From NCBI RefSeq assembly GCF_000018305.1, contig NC_009954.1, positions 870,001-902,000 of the forward strand: a DNA stretch of 32,000 nt, in the 5' to 3' direction. The translations under genes were made by a program, and so were the position numbers. This document shows, piece after piece, positions 17,149 to 25,733 of the stretch. The notes under the pieces were generated by a model. It was not told the origin of the DNA. It did no database searches and saw only the letters and a list, made by a program, of their open reading frames with translations. Every line of letters starts with the position of its first letter. The stretch's first letter is position 1. The stretch comes from Caldivirga maquilingensis IC-167. Lineage in GTDB: Archaea; Thermoproteota; Thermoprotei; Thermoproteales; Thermocladiaceae.

Positions 17149-18006
17149 TTATGAATTGTTATATTTAAACGTTTCTGCCCCTCTTGAGCATTCTCTACTT
17201 AATTCAGTCACTAGCTCCTTAAAAACAGTAGCCTTACCTGGTGGTATTAATGAATCCTCCATTAACTTACGTAGGGCTGAATTAACGTTGAAGTTACTGT
17301 ATATTAATGCGCCACCAATAACCCATAGTAGCGCATCAAGGTTAACTTGAGGTATCCCAGAGAGCTCCGCAACCCTTCCCCAAGTCTCCTGTACTAGGTT
17401 CTGCTTAGCCGCAAGCACCTTAGCCTCAGCATTAATTAAACCGCTGCACTTAGTCAAGGTAGCTATCCTGTAATCCACTGGTATTGGTAAATCCTCAGGG
17501 GGTTTTACGTTAATACCACATGCCCTGTAGGCGTAGTAAAGCATCTTAACTGCGAAGACTATGGTCTTACTATTAATGGGTGAATGTAGTCCACCGGCTA
17601 AGAGACTCCATGCCTCATTTAAATTAGTTAAACCCATTAACCTTTCATGGAGTTTAGCCCTACAGAACCTATCAATCCTATCAACCTTAACTTCCCTACC
17701 CCTCGCCAAGTAGGGGCTTTTCACCACGTATGCCTTAAAATCCCTACATAGGTCACTAGGCTTATTATGACTGAAGTATTCACTGAAGTAGCTCCAATGC
17801 CTCTCCCCCCTGCCGGTTAACATGTAGCTTACAATGGAGTTCATAGCAACCAATACCGCCACAAGTCCTGGGTTATTTAATGCCGTGCACAGTTCCTTAA
17901 CAACAATGAATTGTGGATCCCTCTCCTCGAAGGCTAATACATCGCTTAGGCTTAATTCCCTTAACACAGTGCTTAGCTTAATGACCCTCTCCTCACTTAC
18001 CTCCAC
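17149..18006 (-). CDS. Archaeal GO-glycosylase (AGOG) type 8-oxoguanine DNA glycosylase/lyase
   Basis: 285 aa. ERDPQF, SYMLTGRGERHWSYFSEYFS, DLCRDF, SKTIVFAVKMLYYAY, LPIPVDYRIATLT and GIPQVNLDALLWVIGG are colinear with my recollection of Pyrobaculum Pa-AGOG. Confidence 0.7.
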   Translation of the reverse strand: MEVSEERVIKLSTVLRELSLSDVLAFEERDPQFIVVKELCTALNNPGLVAVLVAMNSIVSYMLTGRGERHWSYFSEYFSHNKPSDLCRDFKAYVVKSPYLARGREVKVDRIDRFCRAKLHERLMGLTNLNEAWSLLAGGLHSPINSKTIVFAVKMLYYAYRACGINVKPPEDLPIPVDYRIATLTKCSGLINAEAKVLAAKQNLVQETWGRVAELSGIPQVNLDALLWVIGGALIYSNFNVNSALRKLMEDSLIPPGKATVFKELVTELSRECSRGAETFKYNNS

Positions 18007-18490
18007 GCTTAATCTTGATTAGGTTGTTTTTAAAAGCCCTCCAGAGTGCGTAAATTAAGGCTAATTGCCCAACATCAATGAACAGTAATGGTTTACCTAT
18101 TGTGTAGAGAATGTATGCTAAGGGGAGCATAATTACCTTAGCTCCAATCGAGTATAGGTAAACGTACTCCGACGCAGCGAATATTACTGCTAGTATTATT
18201 GATAATACGTCCGCGGTCTTAAGGGGTTTGATAACGTATATTATGATTACTGCTATCCAGAGGAGGAACATTATTGCTGAGAACCTCCAGGCGTAGATGT
18301 AGAATGGGGTGTAGGTTACCCAGGATATTGAGTTATCATTATAGACTACGTATATTAAGTTACCGTTTGGGGCTATTAACCTAGACTCCACTGAGAATAA
18401 TAATTCAACGGGGGTTGCTGCTGACACCGCTATCGTCATAACCACTAGTATTAATGCTATTATCAACGAGTACCTTAACTCCCCCTTCAC
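17993..18490 (-). CDS. Hypothetical integral membrane protein (about 4 TM segments)
   Basis: Track ORF 17993..18562 overlaps the upstream M50 gene by 76 nt. An in-frame GTG at 18488-18490 forms a GTGA start/stop overlap with the M50 stop (18487-18489), so that is the likelier start. I recognise no motif. Confidence 0.5.
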   Translation of the reverse strand: MKGELRYSLIIALILVVMTIAVSAATPVELLFSVESRLIAPNGNLIYVVYNDNSISWVTYTPFYIYAWRFSAIMFLLWIAVIIIYVIKPLKTADVLSIILAVIFAASEYVYLYSIGAKVIMLPLAYILYTIGKPLLFIDVGQLALIYALWRAFKNNLIKIKRGGK

Positions 18491-19755
18491 GGTGGGGTCA
18501 CCGCAATCCTCCAGAGACCTGATGATAAGCTTACTAGTAGTGTGAATACGAAGAGGACCCATAAGGCAGCGCTAATGATGTACATAATCCAATTAGCCCA
18601 ATCCTCCTTAAATCCAGGTATGCTTAAGAGTATGTGGTATAGGAATTGGCCACCATCAAGAGGCCACGCGGGCATGGTGTTAAGTAGTATTATAACCACG
18701 TTTATTGTCCATAGCCAGTATATGAATTGGTAAAATAACCTGTCACCAATGGTAATGCCTATGAAGGGCAGGCTTGGGTCACTTGGGTTACTGGAGGTGA
18801 CTATCGTGTAGGTGTGTATTATGCCTGAGTGAAGTATCGTTAAGGTGACTTGACTACCTGGCTTAAGGCCCTCAAGCACGTAAAGTAAAGTCAGTGATGA
18901 TATTATAGGCTTCCCATTTACTGCGAGGAGTAGGCTATTGGCCGGTATGTTGGCGTAGAAGGCTGGTGAATCCTTAACAATACTCGTTATGACTATTCCT
19001 GATAAGTATGGTTGAAGCGCCGGTATTAGGGCTAGGTACATTAGGCCTATGGCAATTATTGATAGGATCATGTTGGCGAAAACCCCTGCGGATAACATGG
19101 CTAACACACCCCTTAACCCAGCCCTCTTCCTAAGGTCAACCTCATCAACTTCAACGAAACCACCGTAGAGTATGAAGAGTGATAGGAATACGCCACCTGA
19201 CTTTATCCTACCCCCATACCTAAGTGCAACTATGCCGTGGGAGACTTCGTGAACAAGTATACTTATGCCTATGGCTATTAACACTATTATGAACACGTTA
19301 ACGCTAATTGTGACACCAGGTATTAACGGTGTGGCTGGTGTGAACCTACTCTGCACCAATTGAGTTGCCGCCTGTTGACCTGATACAGTGTGTAGGCTCG
19401 TTAGGACGCTTACAGTTGCGGCTATGTTAATACCCAGTATTCTAATGAATGATGGTACAAAGCCCACTAATTCACCTATAACCTGAATAGGCATAGGCAA
19501 TAGGACTGGTACCGCGTAAACCATGGCTAATGCGAAGAATACCACAACAATCACGAATATGACTATTGCAGGAACACCCTCTATTAAATCAGCCAGGGGC
19601 CTAAGAACCCTCTCAACACCACTGCTCCTAGCCATTAAAGCAATGTAGTAGTAAATCCTAACCCTATTCCCCAGTAAAAGCTTAACTAACCCAATGAAGA
19701 CGAACCAAGCAACCACGAACCACACTAATGGTGATATGTTCATCACTGATCCCAT
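18487..19755 (-). CDS. M50-family site-2 protease (RseP/S2P-like) with PDZ domain
   Basis: 422 aa, polytopic. It has HEVSHGIVALRYG (HExxH), a PDZ-like segment VKDSPAFYANIPANSLLLAVNGKPI, and the second zinc-ligand motif LNTMPAWPLDGG. Confidence 0.85.
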   Translation of the reverse strand: MGSVMNISPLVWFVVAWFVFIGLVKLLLGNRVRIYYYIALMARSSGVERVLRPLADLIEGVPAIVIFVIVVVFFALAMVYAVPVLLPMPIQVIGELVGFVPSFIRILGINIAATVSVLTSLHTVSGQQAATQLVQSRFTPATPLIPGVTISVNVFIIVLIAIGISILVHEVSHGIVALRYGGRIKSGGVFLSLFILYGGFVEVDEVDLRKRAGLRGVLAMLSAGVFANMILSIIAIGLMYLALIPALQPYLSGIVITSIVKDSPAFYANIPANSLLLAVNGKPIISSLTLLYVLEGLKPGSQVTLTILHSGIIHTYTIVTSSNPSDPSLPFIGITIGDRLFYQFIYWLWTINVVIILLNTMPAWPLDGGQFLYHILLSIPGFKEDWANWIMYIISAALWVLFVFTLLVSLSSGLWRIAVTPP

Positions 19756-19850
19756 ATCCTTGGCTTAATATATTTTATTCCCAAGTAAATCCTAACCGTT
19801 TCTTCACCTCATCTCCATATTAATACAATAGGCTACTGGATTCTTTAGGG

Positions 19851-19865
19851 TTTAAAGCATAAAAA
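19851..19865 (+). promoter_or_regulatory. Putative BRE/TATA of the 2-hydroxyacid dehydrogenase gene
   Basis: 'tttaaagcataaaaa' lies about 25-30 nt upstream of the ATG at 19886. Confidence 0.3.
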
Positions 19866-19885
19866 GTGATGCCTAATAGACCCTT

Positions 19886-20878
19886 ATGGGTTACTGCGTG
19901 TATTTAACTAGGTCGACTTTCCCTAAACTACTCTATGACACCTTAAGAAATGCGGGTTTTGATCTCGAGGTCTGGGATAATAAGGGTCATGGGATGTGGG
20001 ATAGGGCAGCGGCACCGCCGAGGGATGTGTTGAGGGATGCTGCCTCAAGGTGTGATGCATTGGTTGTTACTATTGGTGATAGGGTTGATGATTACGTGTT
20101 AAGTAACGCCAAGGTTAAGGTAATAGCCACGTATAGTGTTGGTTACGATCACATAGACCTTGATGCAGCCACAAGGAGAGGTATACCAGTTGGCTACACA
20201 CCTGAAGTATTAGTTGAGGCTGTGGCTGACTTGGCTATAGGCTTAATAATAACCTTAGCCCGCAGGGTAATAGAGGGTGATAGGCTTGTTAGGAGTGGTG
20301 AGGCGTATAAGGTGTGGGGTGAATTCCTCGGTACAGAGGTTTGGGGAAAAACCCTTGGTATACTGGGTCTTGGTAACATAGGTGCTGCAGTGGCTAGGAG
20401 GGCTAAGGCATTCAACATGAATGTCATATATTGGTCAAGGACAAGGAAGCCTTGGATTGAGGTCGCCTTAGGCTTAAGGTATGTGGACCTTAATGAATTA
20501 TTCAGACAAAGCGACTATCTCGTATTAACGGTAGCACTTAGTAAGGAAACGTACCATATTGTTAATGAGGAGAGATTAAGACTAATGAAAAACACATCAT
20601 ACCTAGTAAACGTAGCCAGGGGTGCTGTTGTTGACACTAACGCCCTTGTTAAGGCACTTAAAGAAGGCTGGATTGCAGGAGCAGCATTGGACGTATATGA
20701 GGAGGAGCCAATACCTAATACACATGAGTTAATTAAACTCAATAACGTTATACTAACTCCACATATTGCATCAGCCACCGTGGAGACTAGGAATAAGATG
20801 GCTGAAGTAACGGCACTTAACGTAATAAACGTACTATTGAAGAATACTAAACCAGTATATCAAGCAAATATGTCTTAA
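19886..20878 (+). CDS. D-isomer-specific 2-hydroxyacid dehydrogenase (glyoxylate/hydroxypyruvate reductase-like)
   Basis: 330 aa. It has the NAD motif GKTLGILGLGNIGAAVARRA and the catalytic region LVNVARGAVVD...AALDVYEEEP...LTPHIASAT. Confidence 0.85.
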   Translation: MGYCVYLTRSTFPKLLYDTLRNAGFDLEVWDNKGHGMWDRAAAPPRDVLRDAASRCDALVVTIGDRVDDYVLSNAKVKVIATYSVGYDHIDLDAATRRGIPVGYTPEVLVEAVADLAIGLIITLARRVIEGDRLVRSGEAYKVWGEFLGTEVWGKTLGILGLGNIGAAVARRAKAFNMNVIYWSRTRKPWIEVALGLRYVDLNELFRQSDYLVLTVALSKETYHIVNEERLRLMKNTSYLVNVARGAVVDTNALVKALKEGWIAGAALDVYEEEPIPNTHELIKLNNVILTPHIASATVETRNKMAEVTALNVINVLLKNTKPVYQANMS

Positions 20879-20950
20879 CATCAAACAGGTAAGAATAATA
20901 CTTATTTACACTGGAAATAGCCCCTAATTAATGCCGGGGAAATCACGTAC

Positions 20951-22183
20951 GTGGATTATTCCATTAATTGCAGCATTAATCCTATTACACTTATGGTTGC
21001 TCACTCAAGCCCACTTAATCCAAGTAATACCCTAGAGTTAACGCTAATACTTGAAAATGGGATTACAACCACTGTTACTGTTACTGCTACTCCACGCAAC
21101 ACGTATCCAATGATATCTCTCGGTTACATTAACATAACCCCAAACTTATGGAACCTGAATACAGCATCATCAAGTGGCTACGCGTCAATGGTTTATGATG
21201 CTAGCCAGGGTGCATTATACATTCACGTAAACTTCACTAAGGTTTACCTAAATCAGCAGGTGGGTGTTGCAGCCTACTCCGAGTTCATTTATGGTTATAA
21301 GCCGTGGGGAACCCTAACCAGTGAGGCAGGGGGCTTCAATTTCCCAGTTAAGTTAACTGAGCTTGGTTCACTCTTATCCTTCATAAACTACTCACTAATA
21401 AGCTACTCACCCCAAGTGGCCATATTTGACTGGGCCTATGACCTTTGGTTAACCACAAGCCCCAACTTAACCAATGGACCTCAGCCTGGTGACGTGGAGG
21501 TAATGATTTGGTTGTACTATCACTTACAGCAGCCCGCTGGATTCCCCGTGGCTAATGTAACTGTTCCCATTTGGGTTAATGGATCCTTGGTTAATGAAAC
21601 CTTTGAAGTATGGATAGGTAGTCCACAGATTGAGCCAGGTACCCATGCAATAGTCTCATTTAGGCCCACTAACCCAATACCAAGGGGTTTAGTTGGGGTT
21701 AATGTAACCAAGTTCCTGCAACTGGCCGTGAATTACCTGGTTACACTGTATCCAAGTTACTGGAATTACACATACCTAGAGTCCAAGTACCTTAATGGTA
21801 TTGAGTTTGGTTCAGAATGGGGTAATCCCTCAACATACAACATAACCTTAAACTGGGTAATATATAAAGCATACTTAATTAAAGTACCCTTAGAATCGCA
21901 GGGAACCGTAACTGTTACGTATACTACGACTGTTACATCAACAATGACCGTCACCAGCATTTTAGCAACAACCAGTACTGTAACCACCACTAGTACATTA
22001 ACATCAACCGTAACGGCTACAAGCGTCTCAACATCTACGGTTACGCAAACCTTAACCACAAGCATAGTTAAGACGGTAATACCAGTTTACTATACTGCAA
22101 CAATAATCGTGCTGTTGATTATTATTGCAGTAGTAATTGCACTGGCGTTCGCGCGTCGTGGTATTAGGGTCAGGTTATGCTAA
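20951..22183 (+). CDS. GH12-like endo-beta-1,4-glucanase with C-terminal Thr-rich stalk and TM anchor; 5' end frame-disrupted
   Basis: 410 aa from GTG 20951. It has GH12-type motifs DWAYDLWLTT, GDVEVMIWLY (nucleophile Glu) and IEFGSEWGN (acid/base Glu), plus many N-x-S/T sequons. A Thr/Ser/Val tract spans 21902-22072, followed by a TM helix and RRGIRVRLC. A good signal peptide (MPGKSRTWIIPLIAALILLHLWLLTQA) is encoded from ATG 20931, but in a different frame. Confidence 0.65.
   Translation: MDYSINCSINPITLMVAHSSPLNPSNTLELTLILENGITTTVTVTATPRNTYPMISLGYINITPNLWNLNTASSSGYASMVYDASQGALYIHVNFTKVYLNQQVGVAAYSEFIYGYKPWGTLTSEAGGFNFPVKLTELGSLLSFINYSLISYSPQVAIFDWAYDLWLTTSPNLTNGPQPGDVEVMIWLYYHLQQPAGFPVANVTVPIWVNGSLVNETFEVWIGSPQIEPGTHAIVSFRPTNPIPRGLVGVNVTKFLQLAVNYLVTLYPSYWNYTYLESKYLNGIEFGSEWGNPSTYNITLNWVIYKAYLIKVPLESQGTVTVTYTTTVTSTMTVTSILATTSTVTTTSTLTSTVTATSVSTSTVTQTLTTSIVKTVIPVYYTATIIVLLIIIAVVIALAFARRGIRVRLC
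21902..22072 (+). repeat. Low-complexity ACN/GTN coding repeat (Thr/Val/Ser stalk of GH12 paralog 1)
   Basis: This segment translates to GTVTVTYTTTVTSTMTVTSILATTSTVTTTSTLTSTVTATSVSTSTVTQTLTTS. The codon periodicity also creates a spurious antisense ORF. Confidence 0.8.
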
Positions 22184-22199
22184 AGCATAATGAGAGAAA

Positions 22200-22209
22200 T
22201 TTAAAAATA
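22200..22209 (+). promoter_or_regulatory. Putative TATA box of GH12 paralog 2
   Basis: 'tttaaaaata' is centred about 24 nt upstream of the ATG at 22228. Confidence 0.4.
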
Positions 22210-22227
22210 GTGAACCATATTTGAGTC

Positions 22228-23541
22228 ATGTATCGGTTAAAGTACTCCCATTTATCAATACTCGTGGGATTAGTCTTAATCCTAAGTATACCATTAACCT
22301 TGGGTTACTCAATGCCAACAGTGCCTCAGTGTCCATTGAATTCCAGTGTTGTCCTAATGATTACTACTCAGCCATTATTACCATCAGGCAACATGATTGT
22401 CTCATATGGTCCACCCGGTCCATGGACCGTGGTTAAGTATGGTGACTTGGAGTATTTGCTTCAAATCAATATGTGGAATCTGGCCAGTATAGGTTATGGT
22501 AATGAAACCTTAACCTTCAATAACGCCACTGGGGAAATATGCTTCAGCTCAATGATAGGGAATGTGACTTTAATAAGCCCAAGTGGCGGTGTTTGGGGTT
22601 ACCCTGGCATATACCTTGTCGGTGTGTTTCCAGGTGGTCAAGTGAATATACGTAATCCCCTGCTTCCATTACCCTTAACAGTCAATGATTTAGTTAATGG
22701 ATCATACTCCAATAGGTTAATAGCGTTGAACTACTCCATGTGGATTCCTGATGATGAGCCAATGGATTGGTCGTACGACATCTGGTTAACCACATCACCA
22801 GCACCATCAGCTAGCTTAAACCATGGTGCTGAGTTAATGATTTGGCTATACACTACGACGCCTGTGTTCTCATGGGCTGACACTGGGATTAAGGTTAATA
22901 TTCCTGTTACTGTTAATGGTTCGCTTATTAATGAAACATTTGATATTCATGTTGACTGTTACCATGGTTATGATAGCACCTACTGGACCTACATAGCCTT
23001 CGTCCCCCTTAATGGTGGCTTTAAGAATGGTTACGTAAGCATATCACTTAAACCATTCCTACAGTACATGGTTAAGGTTTTTCCAGAAATCTGCCCAAGC
23101 CTCTGGTCCTCTCAGGGTGAGGTGAGTAAACTATGGATGGATGTAATAACCTTAGGCAGTGAATACGGTAATAACCAATGGGTTAACTACCCTGGATGGG
23201 GTGTAATAGCCTGGAGACTTTATGAGGCATCAGTGTTAATACCCGGCCTTACACAAGCCACCAGTACCACTACTACAACAACCACAGTAACTGCAACGGT
23301 AACTACAACCGTTACTTCACCCACTCTAGTTACTTCAACATCACTGGTAACCGAGACCTCTACATTAATTGAAACCACTTCATCCACAACAACACTGGTT
23401 ACTACGTTAACCAAGTTAACCACAGTAACATCAACGGTAACTATCATTAGGCAGGCCATTAATGAGGCTGTGGTATGGGTGGTCCTGGTGATAGTAATAG
23501 TGGTGGCTGTGGCTTTAGTGGCTGTGAGGAGAATATTATAA
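22228..23541 (+). CDS. GH12-like endo-beta-1,4-glucanase with signal peptide, C-terminal Thr-rich stalk and TM anchor
   Basis: 437 aa. It has an in-frame signal peptide MYRLKYSHLSILVGLVLILSIPLTLG and the motifs DWSYDIWLTT, GAELMIWLY and ITLGSEYGN. A Thr-rich tract spans 23251-23448, followed by the TM helix VVWVVLVIVIVVAVALVAV and RRIL. Confidence 0.7.
   Translation: MYRLKYSHLSILVGLVLILSIPLTLGYSMPTVPQCPLNSSVVLMITTQPLLPSGNMIVSYGPPGPWTVVKYGDLEYLLQINMWNLASIGYGNETLTFNNATGEICFSSMIGNVTLISPSGGVWGYPGIYLVGVFPGGQVNIRNPLLPLPLTVNDLVNGSYSNRLIALNYSMWIPDDEPMDWSYDIWLTTSPAPSASLNHGAELMIWLYTTTPVFSWADTGIKVNIPVTVNGSLINETFDIHVDCYHGYDSTYWTYIAFVPLNGGFKNGYVSISLKPFLQYMVKVFPEICPSLWSSQGEVSKLWMDVITLGSEYGNNQWVNYPGWGVIAWRLYEASVLIPGLTQATSTTTTTTTVTATVTTTVTSPTLVTSTSLVTETSTLIETTSSTTTLVTTLTKLTTVTSTVTIIRQAINEAVVWVVLVIVIVVAVALVAVRRIL
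23251..23448 (+). repeat. Low-complexity ACN/GTN coding repeat (Thr-rich stalk of GH12 paralog 2)
   Basis: This segment translates to TQATSTTTTTTTVTATVTTTVTSPTLVTSTSLVTETSTLIETTSSTTTLVTTLTKLTTVTSTVT. Confidence 0.8.
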
Positions 23542-23584
23542 GGGAGGGTTTAAATCCAGTGTGCCTAATTTATTGGCTTATGAT

Positions 23585-24883
23585 TCATTCCCTAAGGCTT
23601 TCCTTAACCTTATCTAATTCGATTCCAGTATTATCCCTAGTTATTGCCACGCCAATTAACCCAATTACGTATCCAATTATCAGCAGTACTACGTAACCAT
23701 TTACCACACCGAAGGTCTTTAACCAGTACTGGGAGGTTAATAAGGCCCCAGTGGCTCCAATACTAGCCATATTCCATAGGAAGCCAACGGCACTTCCCCT
23801 GAATCTTGTTGGGAATAATTCAGCCAAGTAAGCCAGCATAACACCACCAGTACCTATTACGCTTGTTAATACACCGGCTGAGATTATGAGTGAGGTGTAG
23901 CCTAGTTTAAGCGCAATGGTTAATGGATACGCTAACACTATGCCTACCACTATGAGTACTAGGAAGGCCCTCCTCCTCCCAGTGTAATTGCTTAACACAC
24001 CACCGGCTATGGTTAATACACCACCTATTAAGGATGCATACGCTAACCCCCAGAACGCTTCATTAAGTGGTAGCTTCATGAAACTTGTGAGGTATGTTGG
24101 TAGGAAGCCCAGCGTCGCGTACGCCACCCAGAAGATTCCAGCTAATAGGAGTAGGGCCACTAAGGCATCCCTGGTACTGGCTTTAAATAACTCAGCTATG
24201 GGTATCTTCGCTATATTGCCTGTTGCCTTAGCCCTCTTATAGATTTCAGGGTCATCAACAGTCAACCTAAGGATAACCCCAATGAGAGCAACCACGAGAC
24301 CTACTAGGAAGGCGTACCTCCAGCCGAAGGCCACGAAATTACTTGTTCCAAAGTAGTCCCTAAGCAGTGCGAATGTTAATGCCGCTAACGCGTAACCCCA
24401 GTAGTAGCCGCTTTCAATAACACCACTAACCAATCCCCTAAACCGGGGTGATGAACTCTCCACCGCTATTAAGTGTGAGCCTGAGACCTCACCACCAACG
24501 AATATTCCAACAATTAGCCTAAGGGTTACGAATAAGGCAGTTGCGATTAAGCCCACTTGGGCATACGTCGGTAATGCCCCCGTTAATGCTGAGAATACAC
24601 CGAGGCCGATTAGGGTTATTAACATTGTAATCCTCCTACCAACCCTATCCGCAACATGGCCGAACACAATACCACCCAGTGGTCTGGCTAGGAGGGTTAA
24701 GGAGTATGAGGCGAATACGTAGAGTAATTGAGCAGTGGGGTTAGTTTTAGGGAAGAAGGCTCCCCCAATTATTGAGGCTATGAAGAGTATGAGTGTTAAA
24801 TCAAATACATCAACCATCCAACCTATTGTACCACCTAACAACGCCCTAACGTTTATCTCACTTACCTTAAGCTCACTACTCAT
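23585..24883 (-). CDS. MFS transporter (metabolite:H+ symporter-like)
   Basis: The track ORF extends to 25039, but its first 52 codons read like translated AT-rich spacer. Met53 (ATG at 24881-24883; MSSELKVSEINVRALLGG) is the likelier start. It has MFS motif A (GHVADRVGRR) and about 12 TM segments. Confidence 0.8.
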   Translation of the reverse strand: MSSELKVSEINVRALLGGTIGWMVDVFDLTLILFIASIIGGAFFPKTNPTAQLLYVFASYSLTLLARPLGGIVFGHVADRVGRRITMLITLIGLGVFSALTGALPTYAQVGLIATALFVTLRLIVGIFVGGEVSGSHLIAVESSSPRFRGLVSGVIESGYYWGYALAALTFALLRDYFGTSNFVAFGWRYAFLVGLVVALIGVILRLTVDDPEIYKRAKATGNIAKIPIAELFKASTRDALVALLLLAGIFWVAYATLGFLPTYLTSFMKLPLNEAFWGLAYASLIGGVLTIAGGVLSNYTGRRRAFLVLIVVGIVLAYPLTIALKLGYTSLIISAGVLTSVIGTGGVMLAYLAELFPTRFRGSAVGFLWNMASIGATGALLTSQYWLKTFGVVNGYVVLLIIGYVIGLIGVAITRDNTGIELDKVKESLRE

Positions 24884-25121
24884 ATAAAATAGGAGGTGTG
24901 TAAATATTAAAGTTTTACCCAATATTACACTTAATGATAGTTTAAGGTAATTGATTAATTTACGTGAATTCAAGAGCATTAGTGATAAAGCTGCATTATT
25001 AGTAAGGTACTTAATGAATGAGTAACTTACTAAAATCAATACAGTATTAAGGCATCATAATTGAGCACGAATGAGCACTTAAGGAAGGTTTTAAATCAAG
25101 CCAAAACTAACCTTAGCCTTA

Positions 25122-25733
25122 ATGCTTGCCCTACTATTCCACGGTAAGGGTTCAAGCCCAGAGAAGATAAACTGGTTAACTAGGCCCTTTAGGAACATGG
25201 GATTCAGGGTTGAGGCACCTAAAATAGATGAGGTTGCTGATGGAGTCTTAATTGGATCCAGGATTATTGAGAATGAGAAAGACCCAGTAATCACAGGTGG
25301 CCACTCCATGGGTGGTACCGTGGCTTTACTATTAGCCGCCAAGTACCCTAAGAAGGTTAAGTGTGTTATTGCTGTTGCGGCACCGGTTGATAGGGTTCTT
25401 CAATTAAAGTGGCTTGAGAAGGGGGAGGAGGGATCCGTGAGGAGGGCGTTGTATAATGATATAGTGGCTAGGTTAAGTATGAAGGATCTTGAGGAGTCTT
25501 CACCAATCAGGTACATTAATAGTGAATACCCGCCAGTAATATACATTAGGGGTAATGCTGATGATATAGTGCCTGCCGAGCACCTTGAGCTACTTAAGAG
25601 GAAGGCCAGTGAGTATGGGTTTAAGGTTATTGAATTAACAATAGAGGGTATGGGGCATACCCCCAGGTCTCAGCATGTTAAGGTGATTGAGGACTTCATT
25701 AAGAGTAACATTAATCAATGCCTAACTTCTTAA
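25122..25733 (+). CDS. Alpha/beta-fold hydrolase (esterase or dienelactone-hydrolase-like)
   Basis: 203 aa. It has an oxyanion-region LLFHGKGSSP, the nucleophile elbow GHSMGG, a D in GNADDIVP and an H in GMGHTP. Its stop overlaps the dsrK stop by 4 nt in convergent orientation. Confidence 0.7.
   Translation: MLALLFHGKGSSPEKINWLTRPFRNMGFRVEAPKIDEVADGVLIGSRIIENEKDPVITGGHSMGGTVALLLAAKYPKKVKCVIAVAAPVDRVLQLKWLEKGEEGSVRRALYNDIVARLSMKDLEESSPIRYINSEYPPVIYIRGNADDIVPAEHLELLKRKASEYGFKVIELTIEGMGHTPRSQHVKVIEDFIKSNINQCLTS

Noticed and set aside
21766-22065. 99-aa minus-strand ORF rich in V/T (also 23220..23459, 79 aa)
   Set aside because: It lies antisense to the ACN/GTN-periodic Thr-rich stalk coding repeats. 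The reverse complement of such repeats is automatically open and Val/Thr-rich. The sense ORFs have clear GH12 domain context.
22221-22436. 71-aa plus-strand ORF overlapping the start of GH12 paralog 2
   Set aside because: It is in a different frame from the 437-aa ORF, which has a proper signal peptide and a TATA box at -24. It has no motif and begins with a non-ATG start.
24884-25039. N-terminal 52-codon extension of the MFS ORF. Similar extensions occur at 3631-3672 (kinase), 27212-27274 (dsrK), 18491-18562 (membrane protein) and 17126-17134 (tnpA TTG).
   Set aside because: The extensions read like translated AT-rich spacer or overlap the upstream gene extensively. Internal ATG or GTG starts give normal N-termini and normal gene spacing.
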